A DNA stretch of 64,000 nt, taken from assembly GCA_964572255.1 (NCBI GenBank), contig CAZNEE010000006.1, forward strand, positions 11,775 through 75,774, given 5' to 3'. The position numbers were made by a program, and so were the translations under genes. Under the pieces are notes generated by a model that saw only the letters and a program-made list of their open reading frames with translations, made no database searches and was not told the DNA's origin. This DNA comes from an uncultured Planctomycetia bacterium (lineage in GTDB: Bacteria; Omnitrophota; Gorgyraeia; Tantalellales; Tantalellaceae). Shown here piece after piece: positions 11,301 to 19,692 of this stretch (positions within the stretch are counted from its first letter, which is position 1; every line of letters begins with the position of its first letter).

Positions 11301-14300
11301 TGGTCGCCATGACCTCGGGATTAGCGTCATCCATTACATTCAGAAAGATATTCCACTGAAAAATATCGTTATACTTCAACCCGGCGATATAGCCATCGAG
11401 TTTCTGCTGGGACTGCTTGAGCATATTTATCTTTTCTTCGCTTGATATTCCCTCCCAGTAGTTAGGCACGGTCCAGCTCTTAAGGGCGGTAACATTAGAT
11501 TTGTAGTATAGCGGCAGATGATTTTCGTTATTTATCAAGGCTTTCATGAGCTCCAGTTTGAAAAAGCTGTTTTCGTTAGTGTTTTTAGTTTCTTTTAGCT
11601 CGTTGTAATCATCCAGCATGGAAGCTACAAAAAGTTCTGAAAGCATCTCAGAAAGCGTGAGCGTCTCTATCTTTCCTTTAGCATAAATTATATCCCCGCC
11701 TATAGTCAGCCGTATTACCGGCTTTCCGTCCACCTCTCGTTTCTCTATTTTTGACGTTTCTACTGCGGGATCCACTGTTATCCTTAAGGAAATATCAAAT
11801 ATCTGGGAAGAAAGCTTCACATTTTCAGCCACATCTTGCGGAAATTTAGCTACAACGCCGCTTATCCTCTCAGAAAGCATTTGAGCCTCCTCATCGGTCA
11901 ATCTTCCTTCGTGGGAAAGCTCGATAAAGTCATCCACAATGATCGGTTTTTCGGCTACGCGTTTTTCCTTCTCCTCCATGCTCTCACGAATTTCCGCCAG
12001 AGAAGTCTCTTCCAGGAAAAATCCCTCTTCAGGCAGATTTATTACATATACTTCCTCGTAACTATATTTAGGACTGACACTTAACTCTGTTTCCTCTGTT
12101 AATCTCCTTTTCTCCAATATGCCTTTATTGACCAACTCATCTATAAGCTTATTTACAATGGGATCATTTGAACGTATGCCTCTGTTTGCCGGGATCACGG
12201 GAATAACGTTCGCTTTCTTCGCTAATCTTGAAGCTGCTTCAATAATACTAAAAAAGGCTTTTTCCCTTTCCACCGGTATGCCCTTCTGGTAAAGATTGAT
12301 GCCCGTTAAAGCCATGACCCTGTAGCCTTTTTCTGAAGTTGGATTGTCTATTCCCTTAACGGGAGTTTTTAATATTTGTACCTGGCTTGTACCTAAAAGC
12401 TTTCCATCGCCTGTCTTTAAGGCAATAACTGAAAAATGAGGGCCTTCTTTTATCTGGTAAGCCCTGTTCCTCCACGTACATACACCTGTCATCATGAATT
12501 CCATAAGATGCAAAAGATCATCAAAAAGGCCTACATAATAAGCGTTCTCTAGCTGTGACGAAGTTACTTCAAATCCATCCAGAACGCCCCCAACCCTTCC
12601 GGAAAGTGCTTTCGCTTTTTTCTCTGCCAGGCTGATGATCGAAGGTAAAAGTAATCCTGACCTCCTTTCTGCATCAGAATAAGGCGGATTTACTCTAAGA
12701 TCCGCCAACGCTTCTTCGAAAGCTTTATCCATTACAGGGACCACCTCTTCAAGATCCATTCCCGTCTCTTTAGCGACTTTCCTGCAGAATTTGCCCTTTC
12801 CCCTCTGGAACCAATCCCTTAAAGCATCCTCATCTTCCAGGCTTGAAGAACTTATCCGGGAAAACCATTTCATGATAATAAGGTTTCTTAAAGCGCCCGT
12901 ATCGTTTTCTTTGACCGCTTTGTAAAAGTCAGAATCCGGGGTAAAGATCCTCTTTATGTCCTCAATCGGCATAAACCTTACCTTAACAAACCTTTCCACC
13001 AATTTTTCTGTGTCTTCACCGCTTAAGGAACTTATCTGCCCGATCAATATCTCCCTTATCTCCTCCTTTGTCTTATCAAGATACGAAACTTCATCTAAAT
13101 AAACAGCATTTAATACCTGGGCCCATCTGCGCAAATATTCTTCCTGTGAAGATAAGTTGTCAGGCAAAGTCCTGAAGCTGTCCGTATCACCGGCTTGCTC
13201 TATAAAAACCGAGAGAAAATATTCAAGGACATTATCTTCATCCGCTTCGCTTAAAGGTATTTCTTCTGCGAAAAACGGTTCCAATTCATCCAGTAATATC
13301 TGTTTTTCCTGAACTGCTCCGGACTCTTCAGAATATCTGGTCTGAGAGGCCCTGCCGTAATCAAACTTGTATACGCCTCTTAAAGCGGGATCTATTTCAT
13401 CAGAATAATCCGGTTTCTCTTCGAGCGCTTTTCTGACCTTTTCGTACATTTCCTGATAGTCACTTACAGTTAAGTTAAGTATTGGTATATATCTTGCGAT
13501 CAGAATTACTTCATCTAACGGAGTAAGGCCATATTTTCTCTTAAATTCCTCGCTTAACCCTTTAAATGAGCCCCACGCAGTTTTAAAAGGAGCCATCTCT
13601 TCCTGTATGTCTTTTCTTAGCGACTCGATCTTTTCGTCATCGTCTTTATGTTCCCTAAAGTATGAAAACAATGTAGCGCTGAAGACCTCTAATCCTTTAT
13701 CATAATAAAGGGCAATGTCGTTTCTAAAAGCTTCCCACTCTTCCTTGTCCCATTCTTCTATGATTCCCTCTTCTCTGTATTCTTCCAATATGCGCAAAAC
13801 TCCCTCTATCTCTACGGGAGCTCCTCTCCCTTTCTTTTGGGCTATCTCCAGGATAATATCGTATAAATAGTTAAAATTACCCGCTGATCTTAAAACCTCA
13901 ATGAGATCTGAATGCCCTCCGACAAAGCCGGATCTTTCTCCCAGCATCCTGATCACTCTCGTTAAAGCATTAGAATAAGGGAGGGCTGAGATCAGCTCTC
14001 TAACATCCTTTATTCTTAGCTTCAAGAGTTTAAGGCTGTCCAAGCACAAATTCATATTAATGCTGGTTCTTGCCAAAAGGATCATTATATCCTTGCACTC
14101 CTGCAGGAATTCATCTGTATTGTCAAATTTCATGCTGGATAGATAGAGCCTTACACTTTCCGAAAATTGGGTAAGATATCCTTTTTTCTGCAGATACTCC
14201 CGTCCCTCTTTTACTTCGGCTAAAAGCGGCTTAAGAAATCCCTGATAATAAATTATTATCGCGGGCAAAAGCTCTGCACGCGGAAGGACTCTTTCTCTCG

Positions 14301-17300
14301 AAACGTCTACTGTCATATTAATAATAGCTTCGTAGATAATATTCAAATAATCATAGTCTATTTCGTCAGGAATTTCTGATAAAAAATTCCGGATCTCGTC
14401 AATATTGTCCCCGGTGGATACCTCTGCTAAAGCTTTTAAAGCATGATAAGGAGCTTCCAGATCTCTTTGCAATAACCACTTCTCGGAAGCATATTTTGAA
14501 GCTAACGATGCCTTTATTGCCCTCTCAGTTGTTTTGCTTCCGATCACACTGAAAAGATCCTGAACCTTTTTCATATTATCTATGGTCACCATTCTTACTC
14601 TAACCATAGCTTCTAAAGCGGAATAAGCTGCTTCTGCCCCCACCCCTGCTTCCTCAAATATAGTAGAAAAAAGAAGAGACCAGATCTCTTCTATATTGTC
14701 CTTATTTACCAGGCCATTTTCTGCCATGATATCTAAAACGGAATACAATGCTAACCGCGTTTTAGGGTCTTTGGGAGTTTTTTTACCGGTTGTGACAGAG
14801 AAATCCCTGACCCAGTCGATGTTATCCTCGGTTACCACGCCACCTCTTGCTAACTTTTCCAACATAGAATAAGCGTTTACTGTGGCGTAACCTGCTCTCC
14901 GGGCAACTGTAACAAGAATATCTCTTGTCTTTTTTGGGCTGATCCCCGCTTCGGCCAAAGCTACGTAAGCAAGATAGGCAGCCCCGGCATGGATGCCTGT
15001 CCCCTTAGTTATGTCTATGAGGGCATCAAAATCAAGGCTGATGCCTTTGCCTTTAGCCCTTTCAAGCGCTAATACCAGATCTTTATAAGCAATTCTTATA
15101 GTATCTTCTTTTTTAGCTTGTTCAATAATATCTGGGTATTCTGTTTCCTCAAGCTCTCCTAGAAAACGTGCTTTTTCTATTTCCAGCTCATCCCTGCCTG
15201 TTGGCCTATCTGCCCTCTTACTGATGGCAGTAATAAAAGCTTTGATCTTTTTTATGTTTTCCTCAGTCACCCCTATCGTATTGTTTAATGCTATTAAGGC
15301 GGAACAGGCAGCGTCCGTATTTCTCTTTGCTGCTTTAACAATATCACTGATAAGTCTGGGGTCTGCCAGAAGAGGATTGCCTGTCTCCCCCAATCGTGCT
15401 AAAGCGGGATAAGCGTCACTCCAAAAACCTTTTGCATATGTTTTGCCAATACTAGGACTCGTAATTAAGTGTCTGACCTCAAGGTAAATAGAGTAAAAAA
15501 ATCCTCCAATTCTTTTAAATATATTTCCATAAAATTTTAAAGTGTCCCCCAGAATTGTTTTAATAATAACAGCAACAATCATGATAGCTATCATAGGATC
15601 GAGTACGAGTAGGCCGCCATGTGGTTGTTGGACTCCAAAAGGTACCATGGGCTGTACCATGGGCAGTTCAGGTTCAACCGGCTCTTCTAATGCTCCAAAC
15701 TCCCCAATTGGTTGTATCTCTGGAAAATTAAACGCTGCAATAAGCTCCGGCGCAATATTAATATTAGCGGGAACGATATTCTCATATCCAATGCCCAATC
15801 TTCTCCTTGCACCTAACATAAAATCTTCTCTTATTCTTATGCCCGCCTTTTGTCTTTCTACCAGTCCGGATATATTACCACTGCGATGGCTGGCTTCCAG
15901 CGGCCTATCCTCTCTTCTGCCTATTTTTGCAACATCTTGAACTATTTCCTCTTCATCTGTTGATCTCATGGTAAGAAGAGCTCTGAGGCGATCAATGTTA
16001 TCCTTTGTTATCTTTCCCGCTTTTGCCAGGTCTCTTAATGCAGTGAAGGCAGCTCCGGTATAAGCATCCGTATTATCAGCTATAACGATAAAAACATTCT
16101 TGATGTGAGTGATGTTGTCCTGTGTTATCGCCCCTGCTTCAGCCAAGGCTGTTAACGCCTCATAGGCAATTCCCTGAAATGCAGGAGTTATTCTCCCCGG
16201 TATAACAGCATTGACAGTATTAATTAGGGCTTTTACCTGCGGGATGTTAGCTTCTGTTATTACTCCCTTGTCAGCCAAAGCAAACAAGAAAGAAGAGATC
16301 CATATACGTTCTCTTAGCCTGTCCGTGACATTAATAATACCGTCAACCAAAGGCTCTAATCGATCTTCCTTACTTATAATGGGTTCTTTTCTGGGTTCCC
16401 CTATCGTGTATACGAAATCTCGTCTCTGAGACTCTAAAGCATCGGCAAAGCTTTTATATTTTTCTTTTTCTTGTTCTAAAGTTGCCTTATATACTTCATT
16501 TTTTTGTAATTCCTCAATAAGTGTGAATATTCTTTCAAGGATAAATGGATAGTTAGCATCTGCTACAACCATTTCATCAATTAAGCCTTCCATCCTGGAA
16601 GATCCAGAAAAGGCATACTTCAAGGTTATTCCGGATTGCGGAACTTCAGTAAAACCTAAGTCCCTTAAGATGCTTGCTGCTAAAAAGGAGCTTCTTCCGG
16701 GGATAACACGAGGAGGCCCCCGCACTAGGCGAATAAGTCCTCTAAAAGAGTCTCTTACCACATAATAAAGTGCGGAACCAAGAATGATAAAAGGCGCGAA
16801 AACATACTCAACAGAGTAAGCAAGAACTTCTTCCAGGACTCTTCCTCCCGGTCTTGCTCCCAAAATCGAATAAGTGCCCGTAATGCCTGTGTATCTCCTC
16901 AAGAAAATTCTATGCACAAGTTCATGTAAAAATACTACAGGTCCCATATTACGCCCGAACTTATCGATCGCATCTGCAAGCGTATCCTCAGGCGTCAGGA
17001 TCCTTGTTTCTTCATCGCCAGATTGCTCGCGCATCCTCCTATGTACTATAAGTGTCCGTAACATAGATGGTATTGCCCAGATGTATAAGAGATTTAAGAA
17101 AAAAGGTGATGCTAACGGAACTAGCAGGTTAGCACCGGCAACTATCATCCCTAATAATGCCAACAAGGTTATTCCACGCGCCAAAGGTTCAAATACTGCT
17201 TCAACTTCCATTCCTCGATATGGTTTAAATACCAAAAACACAAAGAAAAGTATAACTGCTTGAGCTATTGTTAAAGCTACTCCTGTAAAAAAAGTTAACG

Positions 17301-19314
17301 CGAGACCCATCAAGACAGGTATGCCCGCGATAAGCATAGCTCTAAGGCTTTCACCAAACCGAATAGCCGGACCTTCTTCAGACACTTCTTCAACCTTAGC
17401 AATAGCAGGAGCTTCCTCTGCCGGAGGAGCTGCTTCCGGTAAAGGCAATCCCGGCGCTATCTGCGTAACATTTGCTAAAGCAAATGTTCCTAAATCTTCT
17501 GGGGTTAATTTTTCTATATCTTCAGTTTGAATCCTTCTTCCTTCTGAATCTAAAATGCCCAGAGTCTCATCCCCAAGCTTCACGAGAAGTCCTTTTTGGC
17601 CTGATTCAACTGCAGCTTTCCACTTAACATGGAGATCAAAGATGGCCTTCTTTTTTGCGCCATCTGGAATATCTTCCCCCAATTCATTCAGCATACTTGC
17701 AATGGCCAACTGAAATCCCAGAACTTCAGCGAACCGTGCCTCTATCTGAACAGGTTTTCCGGCTAAAAGATCAAAATAAGGACATTCATATCCTTCTTCT
17801 ATTCTGAACTTTGGTATGATTGAGATGTGCGATATGCCCTCTTCTCTTAAAAGGCTGCATAAGTTTCCCGTATGGAATCCGCCGCTCATAAGAACTGCGA
17901 TCTGCATCTTGTGGTCCTTAGCTTGCGACCACTTAAGATTTTTCATAAAAACTTCATCTCTCATGAAAGAATATTCATAGAATTTTGAAATGTCTTCACG
18001 GTAGTCATCTAGTCTTTCTATGCCAGAGCTTGGCCTCGCCGCTATCCTGTACTTAGGAGCTTCTCTATCGATAAAACGCATATAGTTATCCATCTCAAAA
18101 GAAGCATCGTTTTTGAGGTAATACTCATAATCGGATTTGGTAAGTGAAATTGAAAAGATATTTTTCGCCAGCGCCAAGTTGCGTGAGAGAACATCAAGTT
18201 CCCTTTGCGTATCATTACGGAAGAGTTTCTCTCTTATTGCTTTTTCGATATTATCGATCTCTTCTGAAACTTTATCTTGATCAACCGATTCATAAGTGGA
18301 CACATATTCAAGATAATTTACTAGAGCTGAGAAGCGATTAACATCTAACCCTAATTCACGGGCATCCTTTAAGAGGTGCTCATAAAACTCTCTTCTTGAA
18401 CACATCCCAGTCTTAAAATCTATTGTCTTTTTGACGAGCCTGTTTATCTCAGACTTAGATAGGCCCTTTCTAAGTTCATCTATAAGCTGGCCCTTTTCAA
18501 TATCGGCTTTCTTAAAATCTACCTTATCTTCGATTTCTACTGTCCTGCATAATAGATGCAGGTTAGGAAACTCCTCTACCAGTATCTTTCTCTTCTCAGC
18601 CTGGTGAGTTAAAAACTCAAGATATTCCTTAAACTCGATATTCTCTTTCTTGTATGCGCTGTAAGCCGTGTCCACCCTAAGAAGCTCTTTTGTAAATATA
18701 TGTCTTTTAAGATTGTTCAGAATATGGGTGAGTTCCTTAAGATACTTATCGACTTCTTCTTTGTAAGAAAGAGAATCCTGATAAACTTTGAGATTTTTTA
18801 AGTAAAGTTCCCTATCCTCCACGCCCCAGATAGTAACCTTATCGGGATTGTTTACCGCAAAAAATTCTGCTCCGTTCAACTGCCCGTTTTTAACAAAGTA
18901 GCTTGATGTTTCTTTGCGCACACCTTCATCCAAAATAGAAGTAAAAACTTCAAGATCATAACTTCCCACGCCTCCCTCGAGGTTTACCATTTCTATTCCA
19001 TATTCTTCATTCAGGTAACCGATGATTTCGGCTATCTTTTGCTGAGCAAAACAATTGGCATGTGCGTCCTGTATGTGTATTATGAATTTATCGGAAGTGC
19101 CCCTGTAGGAACCTTTTATTTTTCCCAGATGTGCCGGCAGATTGAATGTCTCAACATCAAGAACTGCGTATCTCTTCGCCTCAGGGAAAGAAACATCCCG
19201 AGCATCAAGAACCGCCCATGCGTCATTGAACACATATGTGCACATAAAAACTACAGTCACTGCCAGACTGATAGCTTTTACTAAGATCCTGTGCCCCTTT
19301 ATCCACGTATTCAT
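5305..19314 (-). CDS. Giant exported modular protein B (~4670 aa)
   Basis: ORF track 4674 aa from GTG 19329; ATG 19314 is the more likely start. In order: signal peptide (..NDAWA); N-domain IHIQDAH/NLEGG/WGVED/MSGGFH (17700-19314); TM helices and HELVH (~16900); helical repeats (14400-16300); CPBP motifs (10270-10620); GH5-like domain (9115-9950); SSGC-TM-RRRR (8950-9070); HELMH (~7545); NTase GS..DxD (~6770-6820); shared C-domain. Confidence 0.92.
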   Translation of the reverse strand: MNTWIKGHRILVKAISLAVTVVFMCTYVFNDAWAVLDARDVSFPEAKRYAVLDVETFNLPAHLGKIKGSYRGTSDKFIIHIQDAHANCFAQQKIAEIIGYLNEEYGIEMVNLEGGVGSYDLEVFTSILDEGVRKETSSYFVKNGQLNGAEFFAVNNPDKVTIWGVEDRELYLKNLKVYQDSLSYKEEVDKYLKELTHILNNLKRHIFTKELLRVDTAYSAYKKENIEFKEYLEFLTHQAEKRKILVEEFPNLHLLCRTVEIEDKVDFKKADIEKGQLIDELRKGLSKSEINRLVKKTIDFKTGMCSRREFYEHLLKDARELGLDVNRFSALVNYLEYVSTYESVDQDKVSEEIDNIEKAIREKLFRNDTQRELDVLSRNLALAKNIFSISLTKSDYEYYLKNDASFEMDNYMRFIDREAPKYRIAARPSSGIERLDDYREDISKFYEYSFMRDEVFMKNLKWSQAKDHKMQIAVLMSGGFHTGNLCSLLREEGISHISIIPKFRIEEGYECPYFDLLAGKPVQIEARFAEVLGFQLAIASMLNELGEDIPDGAKKKAIFDLHVKWKAAVESGQKGLLVKLGDETLGILDSEGRRIQTEDIEKLTPEDLGTFALANVTQIAPGLPLPEAAPPAEEAPAIAKVEEVSEEGPAIRFGESLRAMLIAGIPVLMGLALTFFTGVALTIAQAVILFFVFLVFKPYRGMEVEAVFEPLARGITLLALLGMIVAGANLLVPLASPFFLNLLYIWAIPSMLRTLIVHRRMREQSGDEETRILTPEDTLADAIDKFGRNMGPVVFLHELVHRIFLRRYTGITGTYSILGARPGGRVLEEVLAYSVEYVFAPFIILGSALYYVVRDSFRGLIRLVRGPPRVIPGRSSFLAASILRDLGFTEVPQSGITLKYAFSGSSRMEGLIDEMVVADANYPFILERIFTLIEELQKNEVYKATLEQEKEKYKSFADALESQRRDFVYTIGEPRKEPIISKEDRLEPLVDGIINVTDRLRERIWISSFLFALADKGVITEANIPQVKALINTVNAVIPGRITPAFQGIAYEALTALAEAGAITQDNITHIKNVFIVIADNTDAYTGAAFTALRDLAKAGKITKDNIDRLRALLTMRSTDEEEIVQDVAKIGRREDRPLEASHRSGNISGLVERQKAGIRIREDFMLGARRRLGIGYENIVPANINIAPELIAAFNFPEIQPIGEFGALEEPVEPELPMVQPMVPFGVQQPHGGLLVLDPMIAIMIVAVIIKTILGDTLKFYGNIFKRIGGFFYSIYLEVRHLITSPSIGKTYAKGFWSDAYPALARLGETGNPLLADPRLISDIVKAAKRNTDAACSALIALNNTIGVTEENIKKIKAFITAISKRADRPTGRDELEIEKARFLGELEETEYPDIIEQAKKEDTIRIAYKDLVLALERAKGKGISLDFDALIDITKGTGIHAGAAYLAYVALAEAGISPKKTRDILVTVARRAGYATVNAYSMLEKLARGGVVTEDNIDWVRDFSVTTGKKTPKDPKTRLALYSVLDIMAENGLVNKDNIEEIWSLLFSTIFEEAGVGAEAAYSALEAMVRVRMVTIDNMKKVQDLFSVIGSKTTERAIKASLASKYASEKWLLQRDLEAPYHALKALAEVSTGDNIDEIRNFLSEIPDEIDYDYLNIIYEAIINMTVDVSRERVLPRAELLPAIIIYYQGFLKPLLAEVKEGREYLQKKGYLTQFSESVRLYLSSMKFDNTDEFLQECKDIMILLARTSINMNLCLDSLKLLKLRIKDVRELISALPYSNALTRVIRMLGERSGFVGGHSDLIEVLRSAGNFNYLYDIILEIAQKKGRGAPVEIEGVLRILEEYREEGIIEEWDKEEWEAFRNDIALYYDKGLEVFSATLFSYFREHKDDDEKIESLRKDIQEEMAPFKTAWGSFKGLSEEFKRKYGLTPLDEVILIARYIPILNLTVSDYQEMYEKVRKALEEKPDYSDEIDPALRGVYKFDYGRASQTRYSEESGAVQEKQILLDELEPFFAEEIPLSEADEDNVLEYFLSVFIEQAGDTDSFRTLPDNLSSQEEYLRRWAQVLNAVYLDEVSYLDKTKEEIREILIGQISSLSGEDTEKLVERFVKVRFMPIEDIKRIFTPDSDFYKAVKENDTGALRNLIIMKWFSRISSSSLEDEDALRDWFQRGKGKFCRKVAKETGMDLEEVVPVMDKAFEEALADLRVNPPYSDAERRSGLLLPSIISLAEKKAKALSGRVGGVLDGFEVTSSQLENAYYVGLFDDLLHLMEFMMTGVCTWRNRAYQIKEGPHFSVIALKTGDGKLLGTSQVQILKTPVKGIDNPTSEKGYRVMALTGINLYQKGIPVEREKAFFSIIEAASRLAKKANVIPVIPANRGIRSNDPIVNKLIDELVNKGILEKRRLTEETELSVSPKYSYEEVYVINLPEEGFFLEETSLAEIRESMEEKEKRVAEKPIIVDDFIELSHEGRLTDEEAQMLSERISGVVAKFPQDVAENVKLSSQIFDISLRITVDPAVETSKIEKREVDGKPVIRLTIGGDIIYAKGKIETLTLSEMLSELFVASMLDDYNELKETKNTNENSFFKLELMKALINNENHLPLYYKSNVTALKSWTVPNYWEGISSEEKINMLKQSQQKLDGYIAGLKYNDIFQWNIFLNVMDDANPEVMATNYIHLLLSDPFMTQEEISKIIYLIQDLSVSDKVSLASLRNALKEFYFDGRVKIEAKRKEYEAAEKDFTDKFADFDNTDRFLRIKNTLLTTEDRDEFYKTFGELLKMILPLSTAAVNKEIRLLFDKDIFLLSEDARGEAIKAAIRDMLMRRLGRRAFSALAEHLTAKRGDKNIPYISMLEGELPEGGDADEYDFLREEEEDWVKKLFLMSSEKKPPTEPEEPFGFATTEWLEKWLDKRMPWMPQWVRRLVIAPLVEEPLYRGLPLLFASLIGSLVMGSFMGPSLVILIALFLQIPAAVLFVSHHKGIKAAPFVVSLINFVILMSVTSNPWAFMALAILSHSVINLGSKVTAAVSTFIFLLFVPISEVSAVDFIEEIISPDFVVRTYDNGDVATYNVVGEDSYINTLHEADGTRTVYDYDASWSLEETIVYTTDGGIVSIYPDETTKEWTPGQEFIRGVNLAWVRYGYDFGQGANGETYEGLATKKNQLYQKLEPWKGCTVRVFIFCDLRSGIIFDVDGTPLDINSQVYDDMDTLLEAAHALGINILPVLFDKTLADGVVSQYEGEHQDLITDPVKRSALFDLMGQFVSRYAEKIEIWDFMNEPSDVAKKTSITDGEVDTFVSEGIEMVHANDPGSTVTVGLNGADNVDRYTGVDSEQLHVYPGMSPPQYPDDAIPTGSSYFHGELDPGYFSDPTFANVIGIVYENGSSGALIWQDASYYITAEQIDFIRHWKETEVWTAPEERKVSSGCAVANWGSSAGTPILVPWFVAVMVIMIGRGQLRRRRYNATHMTPEGIVRGTAQGTSETLTSKGIVKRPVTVVKPETLAGGMIPEDLGRRAREEEAQWSIDYLKLTGMYYQVEIIREAISGDPGKLAEFNRLLELEGIYPTEELFKGIPKPGEKLFALDVLKQEDSIESLNIQIGENVTLDELFNLIINYSHVSEALSPEVAKFVRNMLDGRKSILKIRRVMEEAMNGQYKDKDDIETRIDEMVIGKEKFDTEEEIIVYTLEKQKDKFEAHKLIALISTLRLQVFPDDAQVITVETGEKTTLGELRQIGVLVPKYTASGTESVNSINVVTKDARGQAKVLEVSFVDTRIQEKPPAEMPPLANFWLFTDGELHVSEDEIFGDEGRIEALAWQIETERIIPNFYSLPVEINGVKVQIYIHKKVFERIQAQNMTLQGFIDRCIEIRGPKYQEKLKETLSKKKYLIVDALRQSPALYGNCKDDGYFGYMYMNIDADAPIEMDLIGFSHELMHEAGIYKELYDEMPAEEAKRKEEALLAEQDMQIMLDRGLNPVEIIEKLMPNIRTTLFMQKAFEGIVGSALGASVLSAIAETPQFDKILRGVIRDEIAKRMRLAEAKEDETTIVTREEVEETTVVTREEVKEEPVASDEELLRQIQIDLSYELYEFRPTRVASPEDEKVYDINTDRDEILKMMEEFNWYFRSYSADDKKAFEERTFGSFTEDIVERIKDFAVAQAKEAGLEIEKDDILAVITYGSYCWAEAVEPSDMDLAVVLKGSVPQSKRHFLGIPIKNPEEWFKGRRVEKSDMRLIGIEDLLKDPSQKDNDTLDFETAVQGHGVLLYGMNILRSPPLAHNLLVKLRQLIANAIMYSRGTVIGKKVYEDGTEVFAGLEPKDHLRKVERRVDEVERIFREAFSERHLGRIDREKAVRDITMAADTVDEIKSKIYELLEEREREGMSVSHEDVKALHVELEPLFDRLLRLSDSDDVQGGLVALEFDRRKELAAVPEAEETIVIALEEPAEEKKEIVDERIGTGRNALTDLRQNKMDIIILPGSDIYVAYQEDINRKSARKFRKDFGQETLPYGYDFKNLEPSLARLIKERILPAFYKSEDKDPRILFELPEGVDLRNIFERADLLEDYEKIKDLITVVTVENIPENGMIDNVMHIILSKGLLNYERFEKGVFGEGTRQGSEELKHLVDFLETLVEPGSIDFAKYAGNPRELINSILTGSIALRIRAIDFTDIEDWKDAREAVLISL
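7156..7221. repeat. 33-bp in-frame tandem duplication (ETT[I/V]VTREEV x2) in giant B linker
   Basis: aacttcttcgcgggttacgacagttgtttcctc followed by aacttcttcgcgggttacaatagttgtttcatc. Confidence 0.9.
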
Positions 19315-19486
19315 TTCACTTCCCACCACGAAATTAACCTTTATAAATTACTTTAATAAATGCGCAAAAAAAATTTACATTTTCGATGCTAATATATATT
19401 TACATAGCCCGCAAAAATATAGATATACTTCTACCTTCAAGTTAAAGGAAAAGTATAAGTTTAATGTAACTTTACTCTCATTTACA

Positions 19487-19546
19487 AGTATACATTGCAT
19501 ACATGGGGGTGACCAAAAAAATAAGCTAGATTTTGTGTGCTTTAAC
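19487..19546 (-). promoter_or_regulatory. Conserved giant-gene promoter, copy 2
   Basis: Minus strand GTTAAAGCACACAAAATCTAGCTTATTTTTTTGGTC-18 nt-TATACT. Confidence 0.75.
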
Positions 19547-19549
19547 AGT

Positions 19550-19588
19550 CCGCCCCGAACCAGGGGAGAATCCCCCGATCCGGGGCGG
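19550..19588. repeat. GC-rich nested inverted repeat (REP-like element or terminator after giant C)
   Basis: CCGCCCCG-aacca-GGGG-agaat-CCCC-cgatc-CGGGGCGG in an AT-rich intergenic region; no clear U-tract. Confidence 0.55.
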
Positions 19589-19692
19589 CATGAGTGTTAG
19601 GAAATACTCGAGAACAGATCTAATTATAGATCACCTTCCAAGTTCCCATAGCTTTCCTCTTTAGTATATCCGTTCCAGATCTGGATATAACA

